Positions 49,409-58,038 of a stretch of DNA of 64,000 bases are shown here, one piece after another. Both the position numbers and the translations under genes were made by a program. Each line of letters opens with the position of its first letter. Within the stretch, counting starts at the first letter, position 1. The notes under the pieces are model-generated. The model made no database searches, had not been told where the DNA came from, and worked only from the letters and a program-made list of their open reading frames with translations. Source of the stretch: Candidatus Aenigmatarchaeota archaeon (GTDB lineage Archaea; Aenigmatarchaeota; Aenigmatarchaeia; CG10238-14; SCSR01); contig JAVZHQ010000001.1 of assembly GCA_038998335.1 (NCBI GenBank), positions 448,001 to 512,000 on the forward strand, read 5' to 3'.

Positions 49409-49469
49409 CGAATAGAAAAACTTATTAGCTTATTTTTTCATAATTTATTTGATTAAAAATGAATAGAAT

Positions 49470-49528
49470 GCCCCATCTCAGGAAGTCATGGTATACTTTT
49501 TCTGGAAAAATTGACTTAGAGTTGGGGC
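49470..49528 (+). ncRNA. Putative structured RNA leader (multi-stem hairpin)
   Basis: GCCCCATCTC/GAGTTGGGGC outer stem, AAGTCA/TGACTT middle stem, T5/A5 inner stem. Confidence 0.4.
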
Positions 49529-49580
49529 TTTAAGGGATGATCCTTCTAAAAATTCTCTACTAAACGGGGACCATGCAACT

Positions 49581-49988
49581 ATAGACTTTTGTGAGATTTG
49601 CGAGCTTGAAACAGACGAGCTAATAAACGCAAATTCATTTGTAATCTGTAAAGATTGTGCAGAAGATTTCGATTTGAAAGAAGTTGAGTGCGATTCTTCT
49701 GAAAAATGTATAGTTTGCAACTGGCCTATAAACAGAAAGTTAAGCAAGGAAAACATAAAAAAATTCTTGGAAGGGATAAAGTCTTGGTTAAAAGAAAATT
49801 CCTCTCAAGAATTAAGAGAAAAAATTGAAAAAAAGCTAAAATTTCTAGAGAACAAAGAAATTAGTATTTGTAGGTATGATTTTTTCTTGACAGTAAAAGA
49901 AATTGTAGAGAGCGAAAGTGAAGAATTAAGCAAAAAATTCGAAGAAATTTTGAAAGCTTTTGATTTTGGAGGAAGCTTAATAAGCTAA
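49581..49988 (+). CDS. Zn-finger protein, permuted paralog of 10951-11436 (true start uncertain)
   Basis: Frame open from 49515; encodes CEIC...CKDC upstream of the first TTG (49674), then CIVCNWPI...SWL...ICRYDF...FDF. Confidence 0.65.
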   Translation: MDFCEICELETDELINANSFVICKDCAEDFDLKEVECDSSEKCIVCNWPINRKLSKENIKKFLEGIKSWLKENSSQELREKIEKKLKFLENKEISICRYDFFLTVKEIVESESEELSKKFEEILKAFDFGGSLIS

Positions 49989-50006
49989 AAGCTAAAATAA
50001 AAAAAT

Positions 50007-50699
50007 ATGACAAAAAAGCTTTTTTGGGAAGACTCTTACCTTAAAGAGTTTGAAGCAAGAGTCTTGAGAATAGAAGGAAATAAAGTTATTCTTGACCAAA
50101 CATGCTTTTATCCTAGGGGTGGAGGCCAGCCTTGTGACACAGGAGAAATAGAAGGGATAAAAGTTTTGGAAACTTTAAAGCAAGAAGAAGAGATAATTCA
50201 TGTTCTGGAAAAAGAACCTTTTTTTAAAGTTAACGATTTGGTAAGAGGAAAAATTGACTGGGAAAGAAGGTACAAGCTAATGAGAATGCATACTGCAGCT
50301 CACATCATAAGCGCAATCATCAATAAAGAAACTCAAGCTTTGATAACAGGGAATCAACTTGACTTGCAAAAGTCAAGAATCGATTATAGCCTAGAAACTT
50401 TTGATAGAACTTTAATAGAAGATTGTATAAGAAAAGCTAACGAAATAGCAGCTCAAGGCTTAGAGGTTAAAACTTACTTCTTAAAAAGGGAAGAAACGGA
50501 AAAAATCCCAAGCATTACTAAACTTGCAAAAGGTTTGCCAAATTTACAAGAATTTAGAATTGTTGAAATCGTTGGTTTAGATTTACAAGCTGACGGAGGA
50601 ACTCATGTTAAAAATACAAAAGAAATAGGAAGGATAAAAATTGAAGGGATGGAAAACAAGGGAAAAGATAACAGAAGAATTTACTTTTCTCTTGAATAA
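50007..50699 (+). CDS. alaXM: Free-standing alanyl-tRNA editing protein AlaX-M
   Basis: LDQTCFYPRGGGQP.D.G, MRMHTAAH, ADGGTHV. Confidence 0.92.
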   Translation: MTKKLFWEDSYLKEFEARVLRIEGNKVILDQTCFYPRGGGQPCDTGEIEGIKVLETLKQEEEIIHVLEKEPFFKVNDLVRGKIDWERRYKLMRMHTAAHIISAIINKETQALITGNQLDLQKSRIDYSLETFDRTLIEDCIRKANEIAAQGLEVKTYFLKREETEKIPSITKLAKGLPNLQEFRIVEIVGLDLQADGGTHVKNTKEIGRIKIEGMENKGKDNRRIYFSLE

Positions 50700-50752
50700 A
50701 GAATTTAAGCTTTTTCTTTCGATTTTTAATCATGAGTGAAGTTCCGTAGTGG

Positions 50753-50962
50753 ATGGAAAAGTCCGAGTTTAAAGAAATAGTCAAAAGACTTAAAGAACTG
50801 GAAAATTCTGAAGCTTATGAAAAAGCTGGAATTTACTGCGATATAATTTGCAAGAAATGGAAAGTTAACCCTATGAGTTGCGCTTATAAATGCGAGGTTT
50901 GGTTGTTGAAAAGTGAAATTTTAAACAAAAAGAAAAGTGCTCAAGTTTCTTCTTCAAAATAA
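50753..50962 (+). CDS. Small Cys-containing hypothetical protein
   Basis: 69-aa ORF with CDIIC...CAYKC. Confidence 0.55.
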   Translation: MEKSEFKEIVKRLKELENSEAYEKAGIYCDIICKKWKVNPMSCAYKCEVWLLKSEILNKKKSAQVSSSK

Positions 50963-53400
50963 CTTTCCTTAATCTCTGGCCTTACATAGCCGCATTTCTT
51001 GCACTCATACATTTCTATGTTTCTTCCAGAATATGTTTTTTCCATCTTCAAGAAACATCTTGGGCAGATAACTTCTTTTTCTAGCTTAATCTCTTTTTTA
51101 GGTTTGAAAAGTTTTCTAAGGTATAAAATGAGAAGAACTATCGGAACAAAAGCAAGTAAAGCTAAACCAATATAAAGCAAACTTAAACCCTCTTCCTCCT
51201 TTTTTTCTTCTTCACATTCTTGCTCTTCGGTATATTGTAAGCAAGTAAAGTTTGTTTCTTCGCTGCAGGTGTATAAAGTTCTGTTTCTTCTTCCTTCTTT
51301 ACATTCGCTCCATTCGCTTGCTCCAGGACAAATAGGGCATTGAGGCAAGGGTAAAACTACTTTTTCCTCTCCTCCTATAGTAAAAAGAGAAAACCCTGGA
51401 AGCTCTGATTCAAAGTAAAGAAAAGAAGAATCTTCATCTATCTTGTAAGTTGGTAATTTTTCCCAGGAAGTTGTAAGCCTATAAAGGCTTATTGTGCTTG
51501 CATTTATATTTTCAGAGTAAACCCAAGATTTTTCTACCCTAAACCTTGCTATTATTTTTGCTAGATTTTTCTCGTTCAAGTTTTCCCTAGAAAATTCAAG
51601 GTAGTAATAAACCTTTTTATCCAGCCTTATACTTTGATCTATGAGAGACTCAGACAATCTCTGAATTCTGATTATGAAATTGTAAGTTGAAACGTTTGCT
51701 TTTAAAGTCAGGTTATACAAAAGAAAGTTAGAAAAAGTGAAATTTCTTGTTTGATTCTTATCCATACATTTAACAACTAGAGTTGCATTTTTTTCTTCAC
51801 TTAAAGTTATAAAGTCTTGGGAGCATGTTGGTGGAGAAGGAATAGGAGAAGGTTGAGAAGGTTTTACACAATTATTATTTACACAAACATATCCTTCTGG
51901 ACAGCCGCACCTGCTACCACAACATCCTGGTGAACCTGGACAAGAGCAATCATCTAGGCAATTAAAACATGTTTCCCCTGAATCACATTTTCGATTTCCA
52001 CAATAAACTTCTGGAAATGTTGTGAAAGAATAGATTAAAGAGGAATTCCAGTAGTTGTTTGAGTTGTTAGCATGGAAACGAAAAGCAATTTTTGCTCCTA
52101 CTGTTGAGTTAATCACTTTTGTTACGTTAGACCAACACTCTTTATAAGGGTTTGAGCACACATCAGAAGTGAAAGGAACCCAGCTGTCAATTATCCAAGC
52201 ACTTTCTTCTTCACCAAAGCTTATTGTTGGTTCTGGATAAGAGTACTTCCTTATTCTTACAAAATCCCAGTAAGCATCGTAAGAAATTATTCCATCACAA
52301 CTCCACCAACAAGCTCCAGCGTTACTTACTAGTTGGAGCTTAAAAGGTAACTCAAAAATTCCTACGGGATTTCTGGTTGCAAAGTAATTACCTATCATCA
52401 TTAGAGTAACGCTTTCTCCAAGTTTTGTATAAGTAAAATTCTCTATAGCATTAGTGTAGTCTGAAGGATTAGAAGACCCTGAAGCTCCATCTTCCCACCA
52501 ATTAATCGCAACATAATTGTCTCCTTGCAAGTTTATTCCAATTCCCCAGTAATGGCTTTGATTATCTACAAGAATAGGAGCAATTACTGAACCAAATCCT
52601 CTGCAATAATCTAAATTTGAATAATTTGCTAAAACTTCTACTATAAAGTTTGAAGTTTCTATATCACTTGTGGTAAAAGTATAGCCGCATGGCCCTGGAC
52701 ATGATTGATCTAGAACAGGGTCTTGAGACCAGGAATAAACATGCAATTTCCCGTCTCTAACCTCATAATATTTATTGCAATTTTGCGTGGAGTATTCGGT
52801 AACGTTCCACTTGCTTAGATTCAAACTTGTACCAGCAAAATCTTCGAAAAAATCAAAAGTTTCTTCTGGGTTTGAGGCAGAGCTCATTTCAGAATTTCCG
52901 TAGTACAGATAAATTGTCTTTTTACTTGAAGCAGGAATAGAAGGAACTTTTACCCAGATTATTGTTTGTGAAGTATTGCAACCAGACTCTAACCAATAGC
53001 TTAAGAATTTATCATCATCCTTAAACCTTATATCCTCGCAATCGCTTTGCATTTTACCTTGCGAAATTAAAGCTTGAGTATCTAAAACTATTCTTACCTG
53101 ATAATCTGTTAAACCATTAGAGTTTGCAGTATTGTCTATTACTAAAGCTTTCCTGTATAAAAAATTTGGGTCAAAGCTTAAACAATGACTTCCGTTCCAT
53201 GTGCCGTTGCAAAATTGAAAAACAAAACCTGATAAACCAGAATCATCAAGCCATTTAAGACTAAACAAGGTAGGTTTTCCCGCTACTGTTGAGTTTGTTG
53301 AATTACAACAATATTGAGGATAAGACTCGGGAGAAGCATAAGACTTGATAAAGAAAAATAAGATAAGAGTTAAAGTAACGAGCAGCATCAACACTTTCAT
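50941..53400 (-). CDS. Surface glycoprotein with DUF2341, Cys-rich and PGF-pre-PGF domains, TM anchor and cytoplasmic Zn ribbon
   Basis: DYQV...DIRF...YW.E...IWVKVP.IP...IYLYYGN; FRVEKSW...PGFS.F.I; TM; CPRC...CKKC. Confidence 0.85.
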   Translation of the reverse strand: MKVLMLLVTLTLILFFFIKSYASPESYPQYCCNSTNSTVAGKPTLFSLKWLDDSGLSGFVFQFCNGTWNGSHCLSFDPNFLYRKALVIDNTANSNGLTDYQVRIVLDTQALISQGKMQSDCEDIRFKDDDKFLSYWLESGCNTSQTIIWVKVPSIPASSKKTIYLYYGNSEMSSASNPEETFDFFEDFAGTSLNLSKWNVTEYSTQNCNKYYEVRDGKLHVYSWSQDPVLDQSCPGPCGYTFTTSDIETSNFIVEVLANYSNLDYCRGFGSVIAPILVDNQSHYWGIGINLQGDNYVAINWWEDGASGSSNPSDYTNAIENFTYTKLGESVTLMMIGNYFATRNPVGIFELPFKLQLVSNAGACWWSCDGIISYDAYWDFVRIRKYSYPEPTISFGEEESAWIIDSWVPFTSDVCSNPYKECWSNVTKVINSTVGAKIAFRFHANNSNNYWNSSLIYSFTTFPEVYCGNRKCDSGETCFNCLDDCSCPGSPGCCGSRCGCPEGYVCVNNNCVKPSQPSPIPSPPTCSQDFITLSEEKNATLVVKCMDKNQTRNFTFSNFLLYNLTLKANVSTYNFIIRIQRLSESLIDQSIRLDKKVYYYLEFSRENLNEKNLAKIIARFRVEKSWVYSENINASTISLYRLTTSWEKLPTYKIDEDSSFLYFESELPGFSLFTIGGEEKVVLPLPQCPICPGASEWSECKEGRRNRTLYTCSEETNFTCLQYTEEQECEEEKKEEEGLSLLYIGLALLAFVPIVLLILYLRKLFKPKKEIKLEKEVICPRCFLKMEKTYSGRNIEMYECKKCGYVRPEIKESYFEEET

Positions 53401-53439
53401 GAATATTAATTGTTGTTTATTTGATTATTATTTTTTAGC

Positions 53440-53973
53440 TCAAAATATCCAAGAATACAAACTTCTTTGCTTTTCTGTTGCATACTCAGAAAATATTTCT
53501 GAGAAATCGTAGCTTGATTTTAAGTAATTTTTATTTTGTGAGTACTCCTTAAGCAAACTTTCCAGTTTTACCTTTAAATCATTTAATTCCTTGTATCTAA
53601 AAAATTTTTTTATAGCAGGGTTTCCTATTATTGTAACACTTACGTTAGCATCTTCTTTTGCTATGGCGATTACGTCAATATCGTATTCGTCACAAATTCT
53701 TAGTTCTGCACCAACACCAAAAGAAGGGTTTGTTAGTTCTGCTATAACCAAATCACAACTTTTAACCTTTTCTAAATCAAAGTTGTAAAGGTTCTTTACT
53801 ATTTCTTCTGCTTCTAGAAAAATTTTTTTCATCTCTTTTCTTGTGTCTCTGTGAGGAAGCCAAACCTCAAAACCTAGAGATTCACAAACTTCTGCAATAA
53901 TTTCATAAATTTTTTGATTCTCTGGCTTACTTTGGTCAAGTCTTCCTGCAACAAAAACTTTAACTCTTTCCAT
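53440..53973 (-). CDS. Nucleoside 2-deoxyribosyltransferase/DNPH1-like protein
   Basis: VFVAG, WLPH, D...V..CD.VIAE...PSFGVGAEL. Confidence 0.82.
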   Translation of the reverse strand: MERVKVFVAGRLDQSKPENQKIYEIIAEVCESLGFEVWLPHRDTRKEMKKIFLEAEEIVKNLYNFDLEKVKSCDLVIAELTNPSFGVGAELRICDEYDIDVIAIAKEDANVSVTIIGNPAIKKFFRYKELNDLKVKLESLLKEYSQNKNYLKSSYDFSEIFSEYATEKQRSLYSWIF

Positions 53974-54163
53974 AAAAAAGTGATTAAAATTAAAGCTTAA
54001 ATATAATTTTATTTTCTTTGAAAGCATCAAGATATCGAAAAACGATTTGATAGCAAATAAAATTTTTAGCTTATTTAAACTTTAAGAGAAAAAAGCAAGT
54101 TTATCCTCTTAAAATCTCAAGACTTATTTAAAAATTATTATTCGCTCTAACAACAATATAATT

Positions 54164-56674
54164 GTGAAATGGTGGACTAAAACAAGTGAAGATGTGATAA
54201 AAACTTTGAACACATCCCCCGAAGGCCTCAGCGAAGAAGTGGCAAAGGAAAGGCTAACAACCTATGGCCCAAACGATATTCCAAAGAGGATGGAAAAGTC
54301 AGCATTCAGCTTGTTTATTTCACAGTTTAAAGACCCCCTTCTACTAATGCTTTTAGCAGCAGCGATAATAGCTTACTTTACAGAAAGTGTTACAGAAACG
54401 GTCATCATAGTTTGTATACTTTTAGTGGATTCTTTGCTTGGCTTTTTTCAAGAATACAAATCTGAAATGGCACTTCGAAAACTTTGTAAATACGTAAGAT
54501 ATTGGACCAAAGTTTTAAGGAACGGGAACTTGTTGGAAATTGACACTCGAAACCTTGTGCCTGGAGACATAGTTTTGATTGAAAGTGGAGATAGAATTCC
54601 TGCTGACTTGCGCCTGATAGAGGCAGATGATTTGGAAATAGACGAATCCTTAGTTACAGGCGAAGCTTATCCAGTTCCTAAAGACACTGCTCCCATAATC
54701 GAAGAAAAAATTGAACCGCAAAGGATGAAAAACATGGCTTTCATGGGAACCTTGGTAACAAACGGAAAAGGAAAAGGTGTGGTAGTTTCTACAGGAATGG
54801 AAAGTACCTTTGGAAAGATTGCAGGCTACTTGAAATCTGAAGAGCCCGTAACAAGCTACCACAAAAACATAAGAAAGTTAAGTAAGTTCCTGATGGGAAT
54901 TGTAATAACTGGAGTAATTTTTATATTCATCTTTAATTCGATTACAGGAAAGAAAATTCTTGATTCATTTTTGTTTTCCTTAGCCTTAGCAGTTGGTATA
55001 GTTCCGGAAGCACTACCAATAGTCATAACCATAAGTCTGTCAAAAGGAGCAATTAAAATGACTAAAGTTGGAGTAATAACTAAAAAGCTTGCAGCGATCG
55101 AAGATTTGGGCAACATGGATGTTTTATGCATAGACAAAACTGGCACGCTAACTCAAAACAAAATAAAGCTGGTAGATTATCTTGATTTGGATGGAAAAAG
55201 AGATGTAGAGCTTGTGATTCTTGCATCTACAGCTTTGTCGGTGATAGAGAAAAAAGGAAAGTTCGTAGGGAATTCTATAGATATTGCGATAGGTGAATTT
55301 GCTAAAACTCTGCCGAACAAAAAATATGAAGTTGTGGATACCATACCTTTTGACTTCATGAGAAAGAGGACAAGTAGTGTTATTAAACAAGGAAAAAAGT
55401 ATTTGTTGATATGTAAAGGAGCTCCAGAGAACATAATTGCTGTCTGCACAAAGATGAAAAAGTCCGGTAGAGTTTCTAAATTGGAAAAAGATACGATTGA
55501 AAAAATGCTGGAAGAACTTTTCAAAAAAGGTTATAGGGTAATTGCAGTTGCTAAAAAAATAGTAGAGAAGAAAGACAATTATACAAAAGAGGACGAAAAA
55601 GATTTGGTTTTACTTGGTTTCTTATGCTTCACAGATCCTCCAAAAGCTGGAATTAAACAAACTATAGCTGAACTTAAAAAATTGGGAGTAGAGTTAAAAG
55701 TGCTGACGGGAGATAATGCTATAATCGCGAAAGATGTTATGAAAGAAGTTGGAATTGAAGTTAAAGGAGTTTTAAGTGGGATTGAAATCGATTCCCTGAA
55801 GGACGAAAGTCTTTGCGAAGCTGTAGAGAAAAACAATTTGTTCGTGAAGCTTACTCCAGAACAAAAAGTAAGGATAGTTCAAGCTTTGAAGAAAAATGGC
55901 CATACTGTTGGCTTTTTGGGAGATGGTGCAAATGATGCTCCAGCTTTAAGACATGCAGACGTTGGGATCTCGGTCGAAAATGGGGTTGATGTCGCTAAAG
56001 AAGCTTCTGATATAATTTTGACGAGGAAAAGTTTGAAAGTTATTTTGGATGGTATTGTGGAAGGAAGGAGAACTTTTGGCAATACAACAAAATACATACT
56101 CAACACGCTATCAGCAAATTTAGGAAACATGACAAGCTTAGCCATAGTTTCACCTTTCCTAAATTTCCTACCAATGCTACCATCCCAAATCTTGCTGACG
56201 AACTTGATAAGCGATGGACCATTGCTTTCAATTTCCACTGATGCTATTGATGAAGAAGAATTAAAAATGCCAAAACATTGGGACCTTAGTTTCATAATAA
56301 AATTCTGTGCTTTGTTTGGTTTCATTAGCTCCATTTTCGATTTCATCACGATGGGCATACTTCTCTGGTTTGGAAAAAGCGTCGAAATATTTAGAACAGG
56401 CTGGTTCCTGGAATCTGTGTTATCTGAAATATTTGTAACCTTTGCTATAAGAACAAAGAAAAGGTTTTACAAGAGCAAGCCAAGTGATGTTCTGCTTTTA
56501 GCGTCGATAATTTTCGGTTTATTAGCTTTTGTAATAATTTATTCTCCTCTAGGAGCATTTTTTGAGTTTGTTCAACTAGATATAACTTTTGTATTACTTA
56601 TAGGTTTGATTTTGCTAGCCTACTTTGCTCTAGCAGAAGTCAGTAAGTATATTATCTACAGGAAGTTTTTCTGA
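54164..56674 (+). CDS. mgtA: Mg2+-transporting P-type ATPase (P3B, MgtA-like)
   Basis: TGE, VPEALP, DKTGTLT, GDGAND, PMLP.QIL..NL..D, F.TGWF.ES. Confidence 0.88.
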   Translation: MKWWTKTSEDVIKTLNTSPEGLSEEVAKERLTTYGPNDIPKRMEKSAFSLFISQFKDPLLLMLLAAAIIAYFTESVTETVIIVCILLVDSLLGFFQEYKSEMALRKLCKYVRYWTKVLRNGNLLEIDTRNLVPGDIVLIESGDRIPADLRLIEADDLEIDESLVTGEAYPVPKDTAPIIEEKIEPQRMKNMAFMGTLVTNGKGKGVVVSTGMESTFGKIAGYLKSEEPVTSYHKNIRKLSKFLMGIVITGVIFIFIFNSITGKKILDSFLFSLALAVGIVPEALPIVITISLSKGAIKMTKVGVITKKLAAIEDLGNMDVLCIDKTGTLTQNKIKLVDYLDLDGKRDVELVILASTALSVIEKKGKFVGNSIDIAIGEFAKTLPNKKYEVVDTIPFDFMRKRTSSVIKQGKKYLLICKGAPENIIAVCTKMKKSGRVSKLEKDTIEKMLEELFKKGYRVIAVAKKIVEKKDNYTKEDEKDLVLLGFLCFTDPPKAGIKQTIAELKKLGVELKVLTGDNAIIAKDVMKEVGIEVKGVLSGIEIDSLKDESLCEAVEKNNLFVKLTPEQKVRIVQALKKNGHTVGFLGDGANDAPALRHADVGISVENGVDVAKEASDIILTRKSLKVILDGIVEGRRTFGNTTKYILNTLSANLGNMTSLAIVSPFLNFLPMLPSQILLTNLISDGPLLSISTDAIDEEELKMPKHWDLSFIIKFCALFGFISSIFDFITMGILLWFGKSVEIFRTGWFLESVLSEIFVTFAIRTKKRFYKSKPSDVLLLASIIFGLLAFVIIYSPLGAFFEFVQLDITFVLLIGLILLAYFALAEVSKYIIYRKFF

Positions 56675-56695
56675 GTTTTTATCATTTAGCAAGAA

Positions 56696-56833
56696 CGCCG
56701 GGGCTGGGATTTGAACCCAGAAGGGGCAAAGCCCCAGTAGGTTTCTCAGAATTCAAGTATCATCATTATTCAGATACCTCAGAGTTCCTCATTCACTCGA
56801 GCCTACCGCGTTACCTTGTTCCGCCACCCCGGC
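56696..56833 (-). tRNA. tRNA-Ser(CGA) with a 53-nt intron at 37/38
   Basis: Acceptor stem GCCGGGG/CCCCGGC with discriminator G; anticodon stem GTAGG/CCTAC; long variable arm GGGGC-TTT-GCCCC; T arm CTGGG-TTCAAAT-CCCAG; canonical BHB geometry (one G-T pair in the 4-bp helix); CCA not encoded. Confidence 0.95.
56743..56795 (-). ncRNA. tRNA intron with box C/D sRNA architecture
   Basis: TGA-ATGAGGA(C)-12 nt-CTGA(D')-ATA-ATGATGA(C')-10 nt-CTGA(D)-GAA. Confidence 0.7.
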
Positions 56834-56858
56834 TCTAATTAAAATTACTTTACTTAAC

Positions 56859-57254
56859 TTAAAAATTGTATTCTACTAATTCTCTTAAATCTTTTTCTCC
56901 AAAGTAAACCAAATGACTTTTACAATTGCAATCAGAAGAGCCAAATTTTTTAACTAAAACTTTTGCTCCAGGCAAACTTGAAACTATTTTGTTTAGCCTG
57001 CACTCAATTCTTTTTTTGCTTTGAAACCCAACCAAATGAACAATTTTAGCACTTTTGCTAGCTAACAAGTAATCTATATGCCAAAACTTTTTCTTTTTCT
57101 TCCTTTTATGTCTTTCCACTCTAGCTTCCAGATTTTTAAGAGCAGAACCAGAATAAACATAAAAACCTTTTTTGAAATTAAAACTTCCAAGCTTCCCAAC
57201 TTTAATTCTTTCATCTTTTTCAAGTTTTATAAAGAGCAAATAAGCTCCTTTCAT
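56859..57254 (-). CDS. GIY-YIG/DUF123 family nuclease
   Basis: KGAYLL...G.YVYSGSA...RVERH...WHIDYLL...FGSSDC.C.SHL. Confidence 0.88.
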   Translation of the reverse strand: MKGAYLLFIKLEKDERIKVGKLGSFNFKKGFYVYSGSALKNLEARVERHKRKKKKKFWHIDYLLASKSAKIVHLVGFQSKKRIECRLNKIVSSLPGAKVLVKKFGSSDCNCKSHLVYFGEKDLRELVEYNF

Positions 57255-57308
57255 AAAAAAATTAAGTTAAGAAAAGAATTTAACTTTTTAAAATTAAATG
57301 AAAATAGA

Positions 57309-57977
57309 ATGAAAGAGGAAATTGATTTTAAAAATGCGTATAAGGCTTTAGCTTATTCCCTCGATAAAAGTTACTCATTTTTAAGTGAGGTTTCGCTTAA
57401 AAGTAGTTTAACAATTGCAAACAAAAAAGACACAAAAATACAAAGAGCTTTCTTAGAATTTGCTAAATCTTTTTTTCAAAATTTACATAAAAATTTTTAT
57501 CAATATGGAGAGAGAACTCCTAAAGAGAGTAGATTAAGTTGTGCTCAATTTTATAAAAATGTAGATATTCTAGAAAAATATGGTTTGCCTCCAAATATAA
57601 GCGGGCGCTGGAAGCTGTCGTATGATTGTATTGGAATGTTTGTTAAAAATGCTTCTACATTTATCCATGAAATTCGTAAAGAACCGTCAGAGAGAATTAA
57701 AGATATATACTATTGTTCCTCTGCTATGAGAGACTTGAACTTAAAAGTTCGCTTGGATGTAGATAGAATGGGTAGACATAAACTAATAGAAAATAAACCT
57801 CTTTCACAATTTACTTCTTCTCTTTCATCCAACGATTTTTACATTTTAATTTATGACACAATTAAAGTTCTTTTAGACCACCAATTTGTAATTCCAAAAG
57901 GTTACGAGCATTACGAAAAAGTTTTTGGTAAAGATGTAGTAAAATTAGTTAAAGAAATTCTCGCTTTTGGTTTTTAA
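57309..57977 (+). CDS. Hypothetical protein
   Basis: ATG 57309 chosen because the upstream part of the ORF is antisense to the DUF123 gene. Confidence 0.6.
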   Translation: MKEEIDFKNAYKALAYSLDKSYSFLSEVSLKSSLTIANKKDTKIQRAFLEFAKSFFQNLHKNFYQYGERTPKESRLSCAQFYKNVDILEKYGLPPNISGRWKLSYDCIGMFVKNASTFIHEIRKEPSERIKDIYYCSSAMRDLNLKVRLDVDRMGRHKLIENKPLSQFTSSLSSNDFYILIYDTIKVLLDHQFVIPKGYEHYEKVFGKDVVKLVKEILAFGF

Positions 57978-58038
57978 ATTTCTATTAAAACTTAAGTTTT
58001 CAACAAAAGAATTATTTATTTAACACTTAAAACTATTT

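Noticed and set aside
49470-49528. Strict BHB mRNA intron or known riboswitch (TPP, fluoride)
   Set aside because: Could not form a 4-bp central helix with two 3-nt bulges, and the conserved riboswitch cores are absent.
50732-50755. ATG AGT GAA GTT CCG TAG in frame with the 69-aa ORF, possible read-through
   Set aside because: Too short to support read-through, and a normal ATG follows at 50753.
56696-56730. tRNA 3' end as an att site of an integrated element
   Set aside because: No duplicate of the tRNA end and no integrase were seen in the window.
56774-56785. D' guide targeting 23S rRNA near AUAACAGAGU
   Set aside because: Only 6 nt match a recalled consensus and the host rRNA is not in the window, so the target is left unassigned.
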